A DNA stretch of 49,697 nucleotides from a phage. Made by a program: the position numbers and the translations under genes. The notes under the pieces were generated by a model. It was not told the DNA's origin and searched no databases. It saw only the letters and a program-made list of their open reading frames with translations. This document shows, piece by piece, positions 33,935 to 43,569 of this stretch. The stretch lies in NCBI GenBank assembly GCA_026165385.1, contig GCA_026165385.1_4524.2; one strand, written 5' to 3'. How positions within the stretch are numbered: the first letter of the stretch is position 1; every line of letters begins with the position of its first letter.

Positions 33935-34228
33935 ATGGGTAAAACATATCGTCGTAAAGATTTGAAAGTTCGCGATTACGACTATTTTGGTAAGCGTAAA
34001 GCTCCTGACGGTGTTAGCCACAAAGACATGGTTGAAAACATTTTCCGCTCAGATAAATGGAAACGTATGAAAGGCGTTGATTCTGAAGTCAAGAATGAAA
34101 TGAATCGACAACTCCGCAAAGAAGTTCGTAAGTTGAAAAAAGATGTTTACAGTAAAGAAGATTATGATTATAATACTTCTCATACTGAAGCCAAACGTAA
34201 AGCTAACGAATGTTATCGTTACAGTTGA
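33935..34228 (+). CDS. Hypothetical basic protein, 97 aa
   Basis: ATG at 33935 after SD TGAGGTA; Lys/Arg-rich. Confidence 0.5.
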   Translation: MGKTYRRKDLKVRDYDYFGKRKAPDGVSHKDMVENIFRSDKWKRMKGVDSEVKNEMNRQLRKEVRKLKKDVYSKEDYDYNTSHTEAKRKANECYRYS

Positions 34229-34235
34229 GGAAATT

Positions 34236-34367
34236 ATGAATATCAAACGCTGGCTTTTTAAGCAAGGGTTCTACACTTTAAATGCTACTCCAAAAGGCGA
34301 TACAACTAAGTGGTCAGTAACTGACTGGATTAAATTTATTGATGAAAATGGCAATTGGGAAATTTAA
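34236..34367 (+). CDS. Small protein, 43 aa
   Basis: ATG at 34236 after SD GAGGAAA; the track ORF is an upstream extension overlapping the previous gene. Confidence 0.35.
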   Translation: MNIKRWLFKQGFYTLNATPKGDTTKWSVTDWIKFIDENGNWEI

Positions 34368-34568
34368 ATGAATCCTGAAACTATGTTATCGCAAAAGCTT
34401 CGTGAAGAACGTGCCGAATTCTTTGCCAATATGAAACTCAACGGTGTTGAGGATGAAGACTTCTTACGCTGGTTCTGGATTTACAAATACAAAGAATGCC
34501 AACATGCCGTGCTATTGACTTGTGCAGTTATGTACGAAGGCTGGAAAGGCGCTAAAAAGTTCGGTTAA
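34368..34568 (+). CDS. Hypothetical protein, 66 aa
   Basis: ATG immediately after the previous stop. Confidence 0.5.
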   Translation: MNPETMLSQKLREERAEFFANMKLNGVEDEDFLRWFWIYKYKECQHAVLLTCAVMYEGWKGAKKFG

Positions 34569-34571
34569 TAA

Positions 34572-34609
34572 TGTACAACGATAGGAAGACATGTTATTAT
34601 CTTCCTATC
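34572..34609 (+). promoter_or_regulatory. Early promoter-like element with perfect 10-bp inverted repeat
   Basis: TGTACA 34572-34577; GATAGGAAGA (34580-34589) / TCTTCCTATC (34600-34609) flanking TGTTATTAT. Confidence 0.5.
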
Positions 34610-34631
34610 GTCTTAAAATGAGGAAAATATC

Positions 34632-34871
34632 GTGGCCCAAGAATTAGATTTTATCAAATTCAAAAAACACCTCGACGTTAAAATTGGGGATTCAATTGTT
34701 AGGATTGAGTATGACATTTTAACAGATGCTATTACTGTTAGTTGTGATGGAAATAGTTTCAGCTTCGATACAACCGAAAACAAATACCCAATCTATAAAG
34801 GCATCTTTGATATGGGTGTTGATATTACTCCACGTGATACAAATTACTTACTTTTCATGCTTAAAAAATAG
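34632..34871 (+). CDS. Hypothetical protein, 79 aa, GTG start
   Basis: GTG at 34632 preceded by SD GAGGAAAATAT; no nearby in-frame ATG. Confidence 0.45.
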   Translation: MAQELDFIKFKKHLDVKIGDSIVRIEYDILTDAITVSCDGNSFSFDTTENKYPIYKGIFDMGVDITPRDTNYLLFMLKK

Positions 34872-34906
34872 TATACAAACTCTTGAGAGATGAATATAAT
34901 TCTCTC
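34871..34906 (+). promoter_or_regulatory. Early promoter-like element with inverted repeat around TATAAT
   Basis: GTATACAA -35-like; GAGAGA (34885-34890) / TCTCTC (34901-34906) flanking TATAAT (34895-34900); TTGGATAATAAA follows. Confidence 0.45.
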
Positions 34907-34937
34907 GTTGGATAATAAAATAACCGAGGAAAATAAT

Positions 34938-35270
34938 ATGTCTACTAAAATCAAAAACGTAGTTAATTCTTTCGCTTTCGATAAAGTTGTTGCTCTTCTG
35001 GAATCCGGCAATATTGTTACTCCTCAAGTTCTTGACGCGTGGGAATTCCGTCTTTATGAAATCATGCAAAAACACGACCAGAAAATTGGACGTAATTCTA
35101 TTCGCGAAATTCTAGTACAATATATTCTTTCTGAATTTGACGTTGCTGCATTTGGTGTTGAATCTAAAGCTTATCAGAAACATGAAATCTCTGAAAAGAC
35201 TATCCGTCGTATGAAAAATCAACGTAAGAAAAAATTCGTTGACCTGAAAATTGTTAAGGCGGTAAAATGA
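34938..35270 (+). CDS. Hypothetical protein, 110 aa
   Basis: ATG at 34938 after SD GAGGAAAATAAT. Confidence 0.55.
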   Translation: MSTKIKNVVNSFAFDKVVALLESGNIVTPQVLDAWEFRLYEIMQKHDQKIGRNSIREILVQYILSEFDVAAFGVESKAYQKHEISEKTIRRMKNQRKKKFVDLKIVKAVK

Positions 35271-35494
35271 GCGTATTAACAGAAACTTTGATTAATGACC
35301 TGCGTCTAGCTGGTTACGAAGTTGGTACAAATAGCCTAGGTCTTCCTCAGATTGAAGGGCCTGGATTTATCCTAGAATATGAATTCAAACAATGGTGGTT
35401 ATATGCTACGGTTGACGATGCGTTGAATATTGATTTCGTTGACCAATTTGATTCGCTGGATGCTGCTCTTGAAGCAGCAAAGGAACTAGAATGA
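35267..35494 (+). CDS. Hypothetical acidic protein, 75 aa
   Basis: ATGA overlap with the upstream gene. Confidence 0.5.
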   Translation: MSVLTETLINDLRLAGYEVGTNSLGLPQIEGPGFILEYEFKQWWLYATVDDALNIDFVDQFDSLDAALEAAKELE

Positions 35495-35760
35495 AATTAA
35501 CTAGAATCAGTATAACTGAAGAAAAGCTGGGCGAATTTTATGTTGACGAATACATGAAAGTCACGTATTTTCCATTCGTTAAAGGTGTTGGTTTTTGGGA
35601 AACTCATGTATCTCAATTAAACGAAGGCGACTATAACGAAACACATGAGAACTTTTTAGATTTTCTTTATAATGCCGGTCTTACTGAGCTTTATATCGAT
35701 ATCCATGAGTTCAAACGTTTAATGGAAAAAGTGTTTCAGGCTTATTGTTTGCTCCGATAG
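35491..35760 (+). CDS. Hypothetical protein, 89 aa
   Basis: ATGA overlap with the upstream gene. Confidence 0.5.
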   Translation: MKLTRISITEEKLGEFYVDEYMKVTYFPFVKGVGFWETHVSQLNEGDYNETHENFLDFLYNAGLTELYIDIHEFKRLMEKVFQAYCLLR

Positions 35761-35767
35761 TATCTCG

Positions 35768-35811
35768 TGCTTTAAGATAGGTCTCTAAATATTATGATAT
35801 AATAGACCTAT
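35768..35811 (+). promoter_or_regulatory. Promoter-like element with inverted repeat upstream of gene 55
   Basis: TGCTTTA (35768-35774); ATAGGTCT (35777-35784) / AGACCTAT (35804-35811) flanking TATAAT (35798-35803). Confidence 0.35.
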
Positions 35812-35832
35812 GAATTGAGCTAAGAGGTACTT

Positions 35833-36390
35833 ATGACTGAACAAAAACCTAAAAATAACTATGTGAATAATAAAGAGCTTCTCGCCGCTATAATCGAGTG
35901 GAAAAAGGAGCTCTTAAATAATAAAGACCCAAACAAAATTATTCGTCAGAATGATACCATCGGTTTAGCAATTATGCTTATCGCCGAAGGCCTGTCCAAA
36001 CGTTTCAACTTTTCAGGATATACCCAGTCTTGGAAGCAGGAGATGATTGCAGATGGGATTGAAGCCTCTATTAAGGGACTTCATAATTTCGACGAAACTA
36101 AGTACAATAACCCACATGCATACATAACTCGAGCTTGTTTTAATGCTTTTGTCCAACGTATCAAAAAAGAACGTAAGGAAGTTGCAAAGAAATATAGTTA
36201 CTTCGTTCATAATGTCTACGACAGTCATGACGATGATATGGTAGCGTTGGTAGATGAAACGTTTATTCAAGACATCTACGATAAAATGACGCATTATGAA
36301 GAATCCGCTTATAAAGCTCCTGGGGCTGAAAAGAAGGAAGTTGTTAGCGATTCGCCTAGTTTGGATTTTTTATATGAGGATGACAATTGA
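35833..36390 (+). CDS. 55: Late transcription sigma factor gp55
   Basis: 185 aa starting [28 protein letters not shown], matching T4 gp55 as I recall it. Confidence 0.9.
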   Translation: MTEQKPKNNYVNNKELLAAIIEWKKELLNNKDPNKIIRQNDTIGLAIMLIAEGLSKRFNFSGYTQSWKQEMIADGIEASIKGLHNFDETKYNNPHAYITRACFNAFVQRIKKERKEVAKKYSYFVHNVYDSHDDDMVALVDETFIQDIYDKMTHYEESAYKAPGAEKKEVVSDSPSLDFLYEDDN

Positions 36391-36589
36391 CATCTCTAAC
36401 TACTTAGAAGAACCTTTTGACGAAGCAATCCCTTATTTGGTAAAACTGTTGGGTCGAGAATTTAAAATTAATTTTGACATCGACCCTTTGAACCCACATG
36501 ACGTGTCATTTTCGATAAATGGAACTCCAGTTGAGTACGAGTTCTGTATTGAAGAGGATGGACGTTTTTATTTTAATTTAATGAGATAA
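36380..36589 (+). CDS. Hypothetical protein, 69 aa (start uncertain)
   Basis: ATG at 36380 overlapping the gene 55 stop; the track ORF extends further upstream inside gene 55. Confidence 0.4.
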   Translation: MTIDISNYLEEPFDEAIPYLVKLLGREFKINFDIDPLNPHDVSFSINGTPVEYEFCIEEDGRFYFNLMR

Positions 36590-36590
36590 T

Positions 36591-36914
36591 ATGACTACCG
36601 AGATTATTGAAAATAAAGAAGCAGAAGATGCAGTAGCTAAAATGCTACAAGAAATCCAAAAGAAAAATGAAGCTGAAGCACGTAAAAAATCCGAAAAGAT
36701 TCTTAAAAAGAATCGTTTTGAACTAAACCGTCTTTATGCTCATGCTCAAGAAGCAGCAATTCAAAACAACTTCGAAGCTTACGAATATGCTATTAAGAAA
36801 TCTCGGGATATTCTACGACAACCATATAATGACAAGTTAATTAAAATCCAGTGGGTTACTACTCGTCAGGCTATTGAGGACATCATTAATGGCGCTAGTT
36901 CAAATAAAGTTTAA
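36591..36914 (+). CDS. Hypothetical protein, 107 aa
   Basis: ATG 2 nt after the previous stop; helical, Lys/Glu-rich. Confidence 0.55.
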   Translation: MTTEIIENKEAEDAVAKMLQEIQKKNEAEARKKSEKILKKNRFELNRLYAHAQEAAIQNNFEAYEYAIKKSRDILRQPYNDKLIKIQWVTTRQAIEDIINGASSNKV

Positions 36915-37095
36915 ACGTCTGAAGCTGAACGCAGGGTTCACCCTTAAATTGGGAGGTCCTCTTTGTGTTAAAATTTCTGAAAAGGAATATCACGACGGTT
37001 CTATTACAGAAATTTGTCCGCCTATTGTAAAGGCAGACCCAAAACAACTCGTGTGGGTCGATTCATTTCAAGTTAAGAAATGGTGGAAACGATGA
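36889..37095 (+). CDS. Hypothetical protein, 68 aa (start uncertain)
   Basis: ATG at 36889 after SD GAGGA; overlaps the upstream gene 3' end. Confidence 0.4.
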   Translation: MALVQIKFKRLKLNAGFTLKLGGPLCVKISEKEYHDGSITEICPPIVKADPKQLVWVDSFQVKKWWKR

Positions 37096-37134
37096 GAGAA
37101 ATTGATTTAGGCATTTTCTGAGAGGTGCTTATGC

Positions 37135-37308
37135 ATGACGAACATCCCGACTTCTGAAAATTTCGATAAAATCCGTAAAGGCAAAGCAGAAAGAATGAGA
37201 CGTTTTAAAGAGTCTTATGATAAAGCTAAAGCCGAAGGAACTATTACATACAAGCCCATTCGATTTAAAAGTTCAAATGAGCCTCTGTACGGTGTACTAT
37301 GTGGATAG
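37135..37308 (+). CDS. Small basic protein, 57 aa (not in ORF track)
   Basis: ATG at 37135 after SD AGAGG; stop TAG abuts the terminator at 37308. Confidence 0.4.
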   Translation: MTNIPTSENFDKIRKGKAERMRRFKESYDKAKAEGTITYKPIRFKSSNEPLYGVLCG

Positions 37309-37332
37309 GAACTCTTCGGAGTTCCTTTTTTT
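37308..37332 (+). terminator. Rho-independent terminator
   Basis: GGAACTC-TTCG-GAGTTCC hairpin followed by TTTTTTT. Confidence 0.65.
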
Positions 37333-37355
37333 GCTTTATAAACGGATGATAGAAT
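37332..37355 (+). promoter_or_regulatory. Middle (MotA-type) promoter candidate upstream of gene 47
   Basis: MotA-box-like TGCTTTA at 37332-37338 and TAGAAT -10 at 37350-37355, 11 nt apart. Confidence 0.4.
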
Positions 37356-37378
37356 GAATTAACTAATGAGGAAATAAT

Positions 37379-38398
37379 ATGAAAATTTTGCACTTAGGCG
37401 ACTTCCATATCGGAGTCAAACAAGACGACCCATGGGTTCAAGATATTCAACGTGATGGTATTCGTCAAGCAATTGAATACTCTAAGAAACACGGGATTAA
37501 AACTTGGATTCAGTACGGTGATTGGTTTGACGTCCGTAAAGCAATAACACATCGTACAATGGAATTCAATCGTGAAATCGTTGATATGATTTCTAAAGCA
37601 GGCATTCACGTTCATGTCACGATAGGAAATCATGACATGGCGTTTAAGAATACCATAACACCTAACACTGTTTCTGAATTGTTAACTCAATTTGAAAACT
37701 TTACTATTTACGAGCATCCAACTACTGTAGATTTTGACGGATGTCTGATTGATATCGTTCCATGGATGTGTGAAGAAAATACAGGTGAAATCTTAGAGCA
37801 CATCAAGACTTCTTCTGCAGCGTATTGTGTTGGGCACTGGGAACTGAATGGTTTTTATTTCTATAAAGGAATGAAGTCTCATGGGCTTGAACCTGATTTC
37901 TTAAAGACCTATAAACAAGTCTGGTCTGGCCACTTCCACACAATCTCTGAAGCTGCTAACGTCAAATATATTGGGACACCATGGACCCTTACTGCAGGCG
38001 ATGAGAATGATCCTCGTGGATTCTGGGTATTTGACACTGATGTTGAACGTATGGAATTTATTCCTAATGAAACAACATGGCATCGACGAATCACTTATCC
38101 GTTTAAAGGCAAAATCAATTATTCTGATTATACCAATCTAGCCGTACGTGTTATAGTATCAGAAATTGATTCAGAGTTGACTAAGTTTGAATCTGAACTT
38201 GAAAAAGTAGTTCACTCTCTTCGTATGGTTTCTAAAGTTGATAACAGTGTTGAATCTGATGACGACCAGGAAATCGAGATTAAATCACTTCAAGATATCA
38301 TTAAAGAATATATTGACGCGATTCCAGATATCTCAGACGAAGACAGAGAAGCGCTGGTCAAATATTCCAACGAACTTTATATTGAGGCAACACAATGA
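37379..38398 (+). CDS. 47: Recombination endonuclease subunit gp47 (Mre11-like)
   Basis: 339 aa starting MKILHLGDFHIGV with calcineurin-type phosphoesterase motifs (GDxH, GNHD); located next to gene 46. Confidence 0.9.
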   Translation: MKILHLGDFHIGVKQDDPWVQDIQRDGIRQAIEYSKKHGIKTWIQYGDWFDVRKAITHRTMEFNREIVDMISKAGIHVHVTIGNHDMAFKNTITPNTVSELLTQFENFTIYEHPTTVDFDGCLIDIVPWMCEENTGEILEHIKTSSAAYCVGHWELNGFYFYKGMKSHGLEPDFLKTYKQVWSGHFHTISEAANVKYIGTPWTLTAGDENDPRGFWVFDTDVERMEFIPNETTWHRRITYPFKGKINYSDYTNLAVRVIVSEIDSELTKFESELEKVVHSLRMVSKVDNSVESDDDQEIEIKSLQDIIKEYIDAIPDISDEDREALVKYSNELYIEATQ

Positions 38399-38652
38399 CT
38401 TTAGATGAATTTAACAATGCTGGGCTCGGGCTTGAAGTTGAAATAGACGTTAAAGATGACGATGGATTCGAGAACACTATCAAGTATTGGATTGAGCCAT
38501 TACGCGTTGAAGGCAATGAAGTTAAAGCAGTTCATGTCTGCACCGACTGGGCTATTGAATTTAGCTTTAATATAATGGACAATGATACTCCTGGCTCTAT
38601 TCTTAAAATGGCTGAAGCGTGTATTGAGGATGCGTATAATGACGAAGACTGA
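38395..38652 (+). CDS. Hypothetical acidic protein, 85 aa
   Basis: ATGA overlap with gene 47. Confidence 0.55.
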   Translation: MTLDEFNNAGLGLEVEIDVKDDDGFENTIKYWIEPLRVEGNEVKAVHVCTDWAIEFSFNIMDNDTPGSILKMAEACIEDAYNDED

Positions 38653-38878
38653 TTATGAAATCCATCGTCATGAATTTAGTATTGGTGACGGTTATATTGG
38701 TATCGTTGAATGGACTGAGAATTACGAGGAATCAACTCCTCGTTTCTTTGGAACAATGTATGTCACCTGTGAGTACGCACCAGGTGTTGTTATGTATGCA
38801 GAACTAGATGAATATTTTGCTGATAGAGATGACATGTTAAAATATGTAGAGGACTTCATTCGAAGAGAATACATATGA
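38639..38878 (+). CDS. Hypothetical protein, 79 aa
   Basis: ATG at 38639 overlapping the previous 3' end; the track ORF from 38582 is a 5' extension. Confidence 0.5.
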   Translation: MTKTDYEIHRHEFSIGDGYIGIVEWTENYEESTPRFFGTMYVTCEYAPGVVMYAELDEYFADRDDMLKYVEDFIRREYI

Positions 38879-40563
38879 AATCATTTAAATTAAATCGTGT
38901 TCGTTATCAAAACATCATGTCGGTAGGTGGGAATCCTATCGATATCCAATTAGATAAAGTCCAAAAGACCTTAATCACTGGTAAAAATGGCGGTGGTAAA
39001 TCTACGATGTTAGAAGCCATTACTTTCGGACTTTTCGGTAAACCATTTCGTGATGTTAAGAAAGGACAAATCATTAATAGCACGAACAAGAAAGAGCTCT
39101 TAGTTGAGCTTTGGATGGAATTCGATGATAAAAAATACTTCATTAGACGTGGCCAAAAGCCCAATATTTTCGAAATCTCCGTTGACGGTGTTCGTCTCGA
39201 TGAATCTGCCAGCAGTCGTGACTTCCAAGAAGAATTTGAACGTAGCATCGGAATGTCATACGCGTCTTTTAAACAAATCGTTGTGCTTGGGACGGCAGGG
39301 TATACCCCTTTCATGGCTCTTAGCACCCCTGCTCGTAGAAAACTTGTCGAAGACCTTTTAGAAGTTGGCACACTCGCTGAAATGGATAAAATCAATAAGT
39401 CTCAAGTTCGAGAACTTAATTCCCAAGGGCAAGTTCTCGATGCCAAGAAAGATGGTGTTATCCAACAAATTAAGATTTATAACGAGAATATCGAACGTCA
39501 AAAGAAATTATCTGGTGATAATGTAGCGCGTCTACAGAATATGTATGACGACCTAGCCAAAGAAGCTCGTTCATTAAAAGCAGAAATCGAAGAAGCTAAT
39601 GAGCGACTACTTAATATCGTTCTTGATGAAGACCCTACTGAGGCATTCAACAAGATAGGACAAGAAGCATTCTTGATTAAATCTAAAATTGACTCATATA
39701 ACAAAGTTATTAAGATGTATCATGACGGTGGCACATGTCCTACTTGTGCATCACAGTTGCACCAGGGTGATCCTATTGTCTCTAAGATTACCGATAAGCT
39801 TCATGAATGTAATCACTCATTCGAGCAACTTACATGTCACAGAGATAATCTGAGTGTCCTAGTGGACGAATATAGAGCTAATGTTAAGACTAAACAGGAC
39901 CTTGCATCTGATATTCATACCAAGAAACAAGCAATGATTGCCACTATTGATAAAGCTAAGAAAGTTAAAGCTGCAATAGAACAAGCCTCGGCGGAATTTA
40001 TCGACCATGCCGATGAGATAGCTTTGCTTCAAAAAGAACTTGATAAAATAATTAAAACAAAATCAGACATCGTTCTTGAAAAATATCATCGTGGTATTAT
40101 CACAGATATGTTAAAAGATTCTGGTATTAAAGGTGCTATCATTAAAAAATACGTGCCTCTGTTCAACAAGCAGATTAACCATTATCTTAAAATTATGGAA
40201 GCTGATTACGTGTTTTCTATTGATGAAGAATTCAATGAATCTATAAAATCACGTGGTCGTGAAGATTTTAGTTATGCTTCATTTAGTCAAGGTGAAAAGG
40301 CACGTATCGATATCGCATTGTTGTTTACATGGCGAGATATTGCTGAAAAGGTCTCTGGTGTTAAAATCAACACTCTAATTCTTGACGAGGTTTTTGATGG
40401 GGCTGTTGATTCTGAGGCCGTTAAGGCTATAGATACCATTCTTGGAAGTTTACAAAATACTAATGTGTTCATTATCTCTCATAGAGACCATGACCCTCAA
40501 CGTTATGGACAACATCTTCAGATGAGCAAAGTTGGACGATTTACTGTGATGACTGTTTCATAA
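38875..40563 (+). CDS. 46: Recombination endonuclease subunit gp46 (Rad50/SbcC-like ATPase)
   Basis: 562 aa; Walker A GKNGGGKST, central coiled coil with CxxC zinc hook (CPTC), C-terminal signature and D-loop (LILDEVFDG). Confidence 0.95.
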   Translation: MKSFKLNRVRYQNIMSVGGNPIDIQLDKVQKTLITGKNGGGKSTMLEAITFGLFGKPFRDVKKGQIINSTNKKELLVELWMEFDDKKYFIRRGQKPNIFEISVDGVRLDESASSRDFQEEFERSIGMSYASFKQIVVLGTAGYTPFMALSTPARRKLVEDLLEVGTLAEMDKINKSQVRELNSQGQVLDAKKDGVIQQIKIYNENIERQKKLSGDNVARLQNMYDDLAKEARSLKAEIEEANERLLNIVLDEDPTEAFNKIGQEAFLIKSKIDSYNKVIKMYHDGGTCPTCASQLHQGDPIVSKITDKLHECNHSFEQLTCHRDNLSVLVDEYRANVKTKQDLASDIHTKKQAMIATIDKAKKVKAAIEQASAEFIDHADEIALLQKELDKIIKTKSDIVLEKYHRGIITDMLKDSGIKGAIIKKYVPLFNKQINHYLKIMEADYVFSIDEEFNESIKSRGREDFSYASFSQGEKARIDIALLFTWRDIAEKVSGVKINTLILDEVFDGAVDSEAVKAIDTILGSLQNTNVFIISHRDHDPQRYGQHLQMSKVGRFTVMTVS

Positions 40564-40576
40564 ACGCTTTAACATG

Positions 40577-40597
40577 ATGTGGTTATAATGACCACAT
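40577..40597 (+). promoter_or_regulatory. Promoter-like element with TATAAT in hairpin loop
   Basis: ATGTGGT (40577-40583) / ACCACAT (40591-40597) flanking TATAATG. Confidence 0.35.
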
Positions 40598-40617
40598 CAA
40601 ATTAAATGGAGAACAAC

Positions 40618-40806
40618 ATGGAGTATTCAACCGGACAACATCTTCTCGTTGTCCCTGAAATTAAAAAATATGTTCTGACCAATACGTTTTCAGGTGAAGA
40701 ACATATTGTCACTGAACAAATGCTCAAATCTGCTTTTAAAGATGAGTATAATAAAATAATGTCTAATCGCAATTCCGCATGGACAGTTACCGACTTCTAC
40801 GAATAA
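40618..40806 (+). CDS. Hypothetical protein, 62 aa
   Basis: ATG at 40618 after SD TGGAGAA. Confidence 0.5.
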   Translation: MEYSTGQHLLVVPEIKKYVLTNTFSGEEHIVTEQMLKSAFKDEYNKIMSNRNSAWTVTDFYE

Positions 40807-40818
40807 GAGAGAAATAAT

Positions 40819-41235
40819 ATGTTTACTACTGCTAAAGGTTTCACTGCTGCTGATCTGAAAGTTACTTCTATCCGTACTGACGCTAACCCACATAACCATA
40901 ATCGTATTCGTAAAGCATGGGTCCTGCATTGTGATGACGCAAGTGCTAAAAAACTCCAATCTTTGCCACAAGAAACTCGTTTTATGATTTATGGTTTTAT
41001 TGATAACGATGTATCTGATATGTGGATTCATCTGATGCGTAAGCACTATAAAGATTCTATCGAAGCAGGTGCTAAAATCGTTCTTGATAAAGACGGTTCT
41101 GAACGCCTTGAAGATTTTTACTGTGTTGATGCCGACGAACAACTAATTGCAGCTGGCGAAATTGTTGCTTCTAAAATTCCAGAATATATTGAATCACTGC
41201 CTGAAGCTATTAAAAAGCAGATGGTTGCTGCATAA
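40819..41235 (+). CDS. Hypothetical protein, 138 aa (occupies the T4 rpbA position)
   Basis: SD AGAGAGAAA; assignment to RpbA is by position only (immediately upstream of gene 45). Confidence 0.55.
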   Translation: MFTTAKGFTAADLKVTSIRTDANPHNHNRIRKAWVLHCDDASAKKLQSLPQETRFMIYGFIDNDVSDMWIHLMRKHYKDSIEAGAKIVLDKDGSERLEDFYCVDADEQLIAAGEIVASKIPEYIESLPEAIKKQMVAA

Positions 41236-41277
41236 TAAATTTGTTATAAACTTTGAATTGTCTTGAAAGGAAATAAA

Positions 41278-41964
41278 ATGAAACTGTCTAAAGATACTAT
41301 CGCTATTCTGAAAAACTTTGCCTCTATTAACTCTGGCATTCTGCTGAGTCAAGGTAAATTTATTATGACTCGTGCAGTTAATGGCACCACTTATGCGGAA
41401 GCAAATATCTCTGATGAAATTGATTTTGACGTAGCACTTTATGATTTGAATAGCTTCTTAAGCATTTTGAGTCTAGTGTCTGATGATGCTGAAATTTCAA
41501 TGCACACTGATGGCAATATTAAAATTGCAGATACACGTTCCACAGTTTATTGGCCTGCCGCTGACAAGAGCACTATTGTTTTTCCTAATAAGCCAATTCA
41601 ATTCCCAGTGGCTTCTGTGATTACTGAAATTAAAGCCGAAGACCTTCAACAATTGCTTCGAGTTTCACGTGGTCTTCAGATTGATACAATTGCTATTACA
41701 AATAAAGATGGTAAAATTGTTATCAATGGCTATAATAAAGTTGAAGATTCTGGACTAACTCGTCCTAAGTATTCTTTGACTCTTACCGATTATGATGGTT
41801 CTAACAACTTTAACTTCGTAATCAATATGGCTAATATGAAAATCCAGCCAGGTAACTATAAAGTAATGTTGTGGGGAGCTGGTGATAAAGTTGCAGCCAA
41901 GTTTGAAAGCTCTCAAGTAAGTTATGTTATTGCGATGGAAGCCGATTCTACTCACGACTTCTAA
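41278..41964 (+). CDS. 45: Sliding clamp gp45
   Basis: 228 aa starting MKLSKDTIAILKNFASINSGILL, near-identical to T4 gp45 as I recall it; SD AAAGGAAA; the track ORF begins at a TTG at 41263. Confidence 0.95.
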   Translation: MKLSKDTIAILKNFASINSGILLSQGKFIMTRAVNGTTYAEANISDEIDFDVALYDLNSFLSILSLVSDDAEISMHTDGNIKIADTRSTVYWPAADKSTIVFPNKPIQFPVASVITEIKAEDLQQLLRVSRGLQIDTIAITNKDGKIVINGYNKVEDSGLTRPKYSLTLTDYDGSNNFNFVINMANMKIQPGNYKVMLWGAGDKVAAKFESSQVSYVIAMEADSTHDF

Positions 41965-41996
41965 GTCAAAGCTTTACGTTTAATGTAGTACGATTA

Positions 41997-42018
41997 TGGA
42001 GGAGAAATCCTCCAGTTT
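41997..42018 (+). terminator. Hairpin with GAAA tetraloop between genes 45 and 44
   Basis: TGGAGGA-GAAA-TCCTCCA followed by GTTT; may be an attenuator or RNA-stability element. Confidence 0.35.
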
Positions 42019-42039
42019 AATGATAATGAGGAAAATTAC

Positions 42040-43002
42040 ATGATTACTATCAATTCCAAAGAACACATTCTAGAACAGAAATATCGTCCTTCTTCCATTG
42101 ACGAATGTATTCTGCCTGCGTACGACCATGAAACATTCAAGTCTTTAGTATCTAAAGGAAAACTTCCTCATATTATTTTACACTCTCCATCTCCTGGTAC
42201 CGGTAAAACAACCGTAGCAAAAGCATTATGTAATGATATCAATGCCGAAATGATGTTTGTCAACGGTTCTGATTGTAAGATTGATTTTGTACGCGGCCCG
42301 TTAACTGCATTTGCTCGTTCAGTCTCAATGGAAGGCAAGCCGAAAGTTATCGTTATCGATGAATTTGACCGTAGTGGCCTCGCCGAATCACAACGACACC
42401 TTCGTACATTCATGGAAGAATTCTCTAGTAACTGTTCTATTATTATTACTGCTAACAACATCGATGGAATTATTGAACCATTGCGTAGTCGTTGTCGAGT
42501 TATCGAATTCGGACGTCCAACCGAAGAAGATAAAATCTCGATGATGAAGAAAATGATTCATCGTATGGTTGAAATCTGTAAGAACGAAAATATTGAAATC
42601 GCTGATATGAAAGTTGTTGCAGCTCTTGTTAAAAAGAACTTCCCAGACTTTCGTCGTACAATTGGTCAATTAGACCAGTACTCGTCTAAAGGTGTTCTTG
42701 ATGCAGGTATTTTATCGATTGTAACCAATGATCGTGGCACGGTAGATGATGTCATAGAAGCAATGAAAAATAAAGATATCAAACAGCTTCGTGCATTAGC
42801 TCCAAAATACGCCGCTGATTATTCATGGTTCATCGATAAATTAGTTTCTGAGTGTTATGACAAAGTTGCACCTGGTAAAAGTATTATTTCGCTTTACGAA
42901 ATTGCAGGCGAAAATAATAAGTTTCATGGACTAGCTAGTAATATTGAATTACATGTTATGTATATGCTTCTTCAATTGACTTGTGAATTGACTTGGAAAT
43001 AA
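42040..43002 (+). CDS. 44: Clamp loader large subunit gp44 (AAA+ ATPase)
   Basis: 320 aa; Walker [11 protein letters not shown], Walker [12 protein letters not shown] motif ([10 protein letters not shown]). Confidence 0.95.
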   Translation: MITINSKEHILEQKYRPSSIDECILPAYDHETFKSLVSKGKLPHIILHSPSPGTGKTTVAKALCNDINAEMMFVNGSDCKIDFVRGPLTAFARSVSMEGKPKVIVIDEFDRSGLAESQRHLRTFMEEFSSNCSIIITANNIDGIIEPLRSRCRVIEFGRPTEEDKISMMKKMIHRMVEICKNENIEIADMKVVAALVKKNFPDFRRTIGQLDQYSSKGVLDAGILSIVTNDRGTVDDVIEAMKNKDIKQLRALAPKYAADYSWFIDKLVSECYDKVAPGKSIISLYEIAGENNKFHGLASNIELHVMYMLLQLTCELTWK

Positions 43003-43003
43003 T

Positions 43004-43567
43004 ATGAACTTATTTGATGATGACGTCCAACTTAACGAGCACCAAATCGCATGGAAGTCTAACGACGCTGATGCGATTCAAAAATGTGCTGACATGTTTA
43101 AAGAAAAACCTGAGAACGAATTCTTTAAAATCATTAATGCAATTAATGAAAAGAAATCAATATCAATTGCTCAGGTTGACTACTCAAAATTTATGGTTGA
43201 GAACTCATTGTCCCAGTTTCCAGAATGTATGCCCGCAGTTTACATGATGAACTTGGTAGGTTCTGAATTAAGTGATGAAGCACACTTCAACTATATGATG
43301 GCGGCAATTCCACGTGGCCGACGATTCTCTAAATGGGCTAAACTAGTCGAAGACACTTCAGAGTTACTAGTTATCAAACTGTTGATGAAACATTACACAA
43401 TCAACATGAACGATGCTACCGAGTATAAGCGGCTCCTTGAAAAAAATAACAAGCTGCCAATAGTCCTTAAAGAACTGAAGGCCATGGTCACTGATGAGTT
43501 TCTCAAAGAAGTTACAAAAAATGTGAAAGAACAAAAACAATTTAAAAAATTAGCATTGGAATGGTAA
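43004..43567 (+). CDS. 62: Clamp loader small subunit gp62
   Basis: 187 aa; sequence [12 protein letters not shown]...[16 protein letters not shown] matches T4 gp62 as I recall it; start 1 nt after the gene 44 stop. Confidence 0.9.
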   Translation: MNLFDDDVQLNEHQIAWKSNDADAIQKCADMFKEKPENEFFKIINAINEKKSISIAQVDYSKFMVENSLSQFPECMPAVYMMNLVGSELSDEAHFNYMMAAIPRGRRFSKWAKLVEDTSELLVIKLLMKHYTINMNDATEYKRLLEKNNKLPIVLKELKAMVTDEFLKEVTKNVKEQKQFKKLALEW

Positions 43568-43569
43568 AA

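Noticed and set aside
40819-41235. Calling the ORF upstream of gene 45 RpbA
   Set aside because: Assignment would rest on position alone; I do not recall the RpbA sequence well enough to confirm, so it is left as hypothetical with a positional note.
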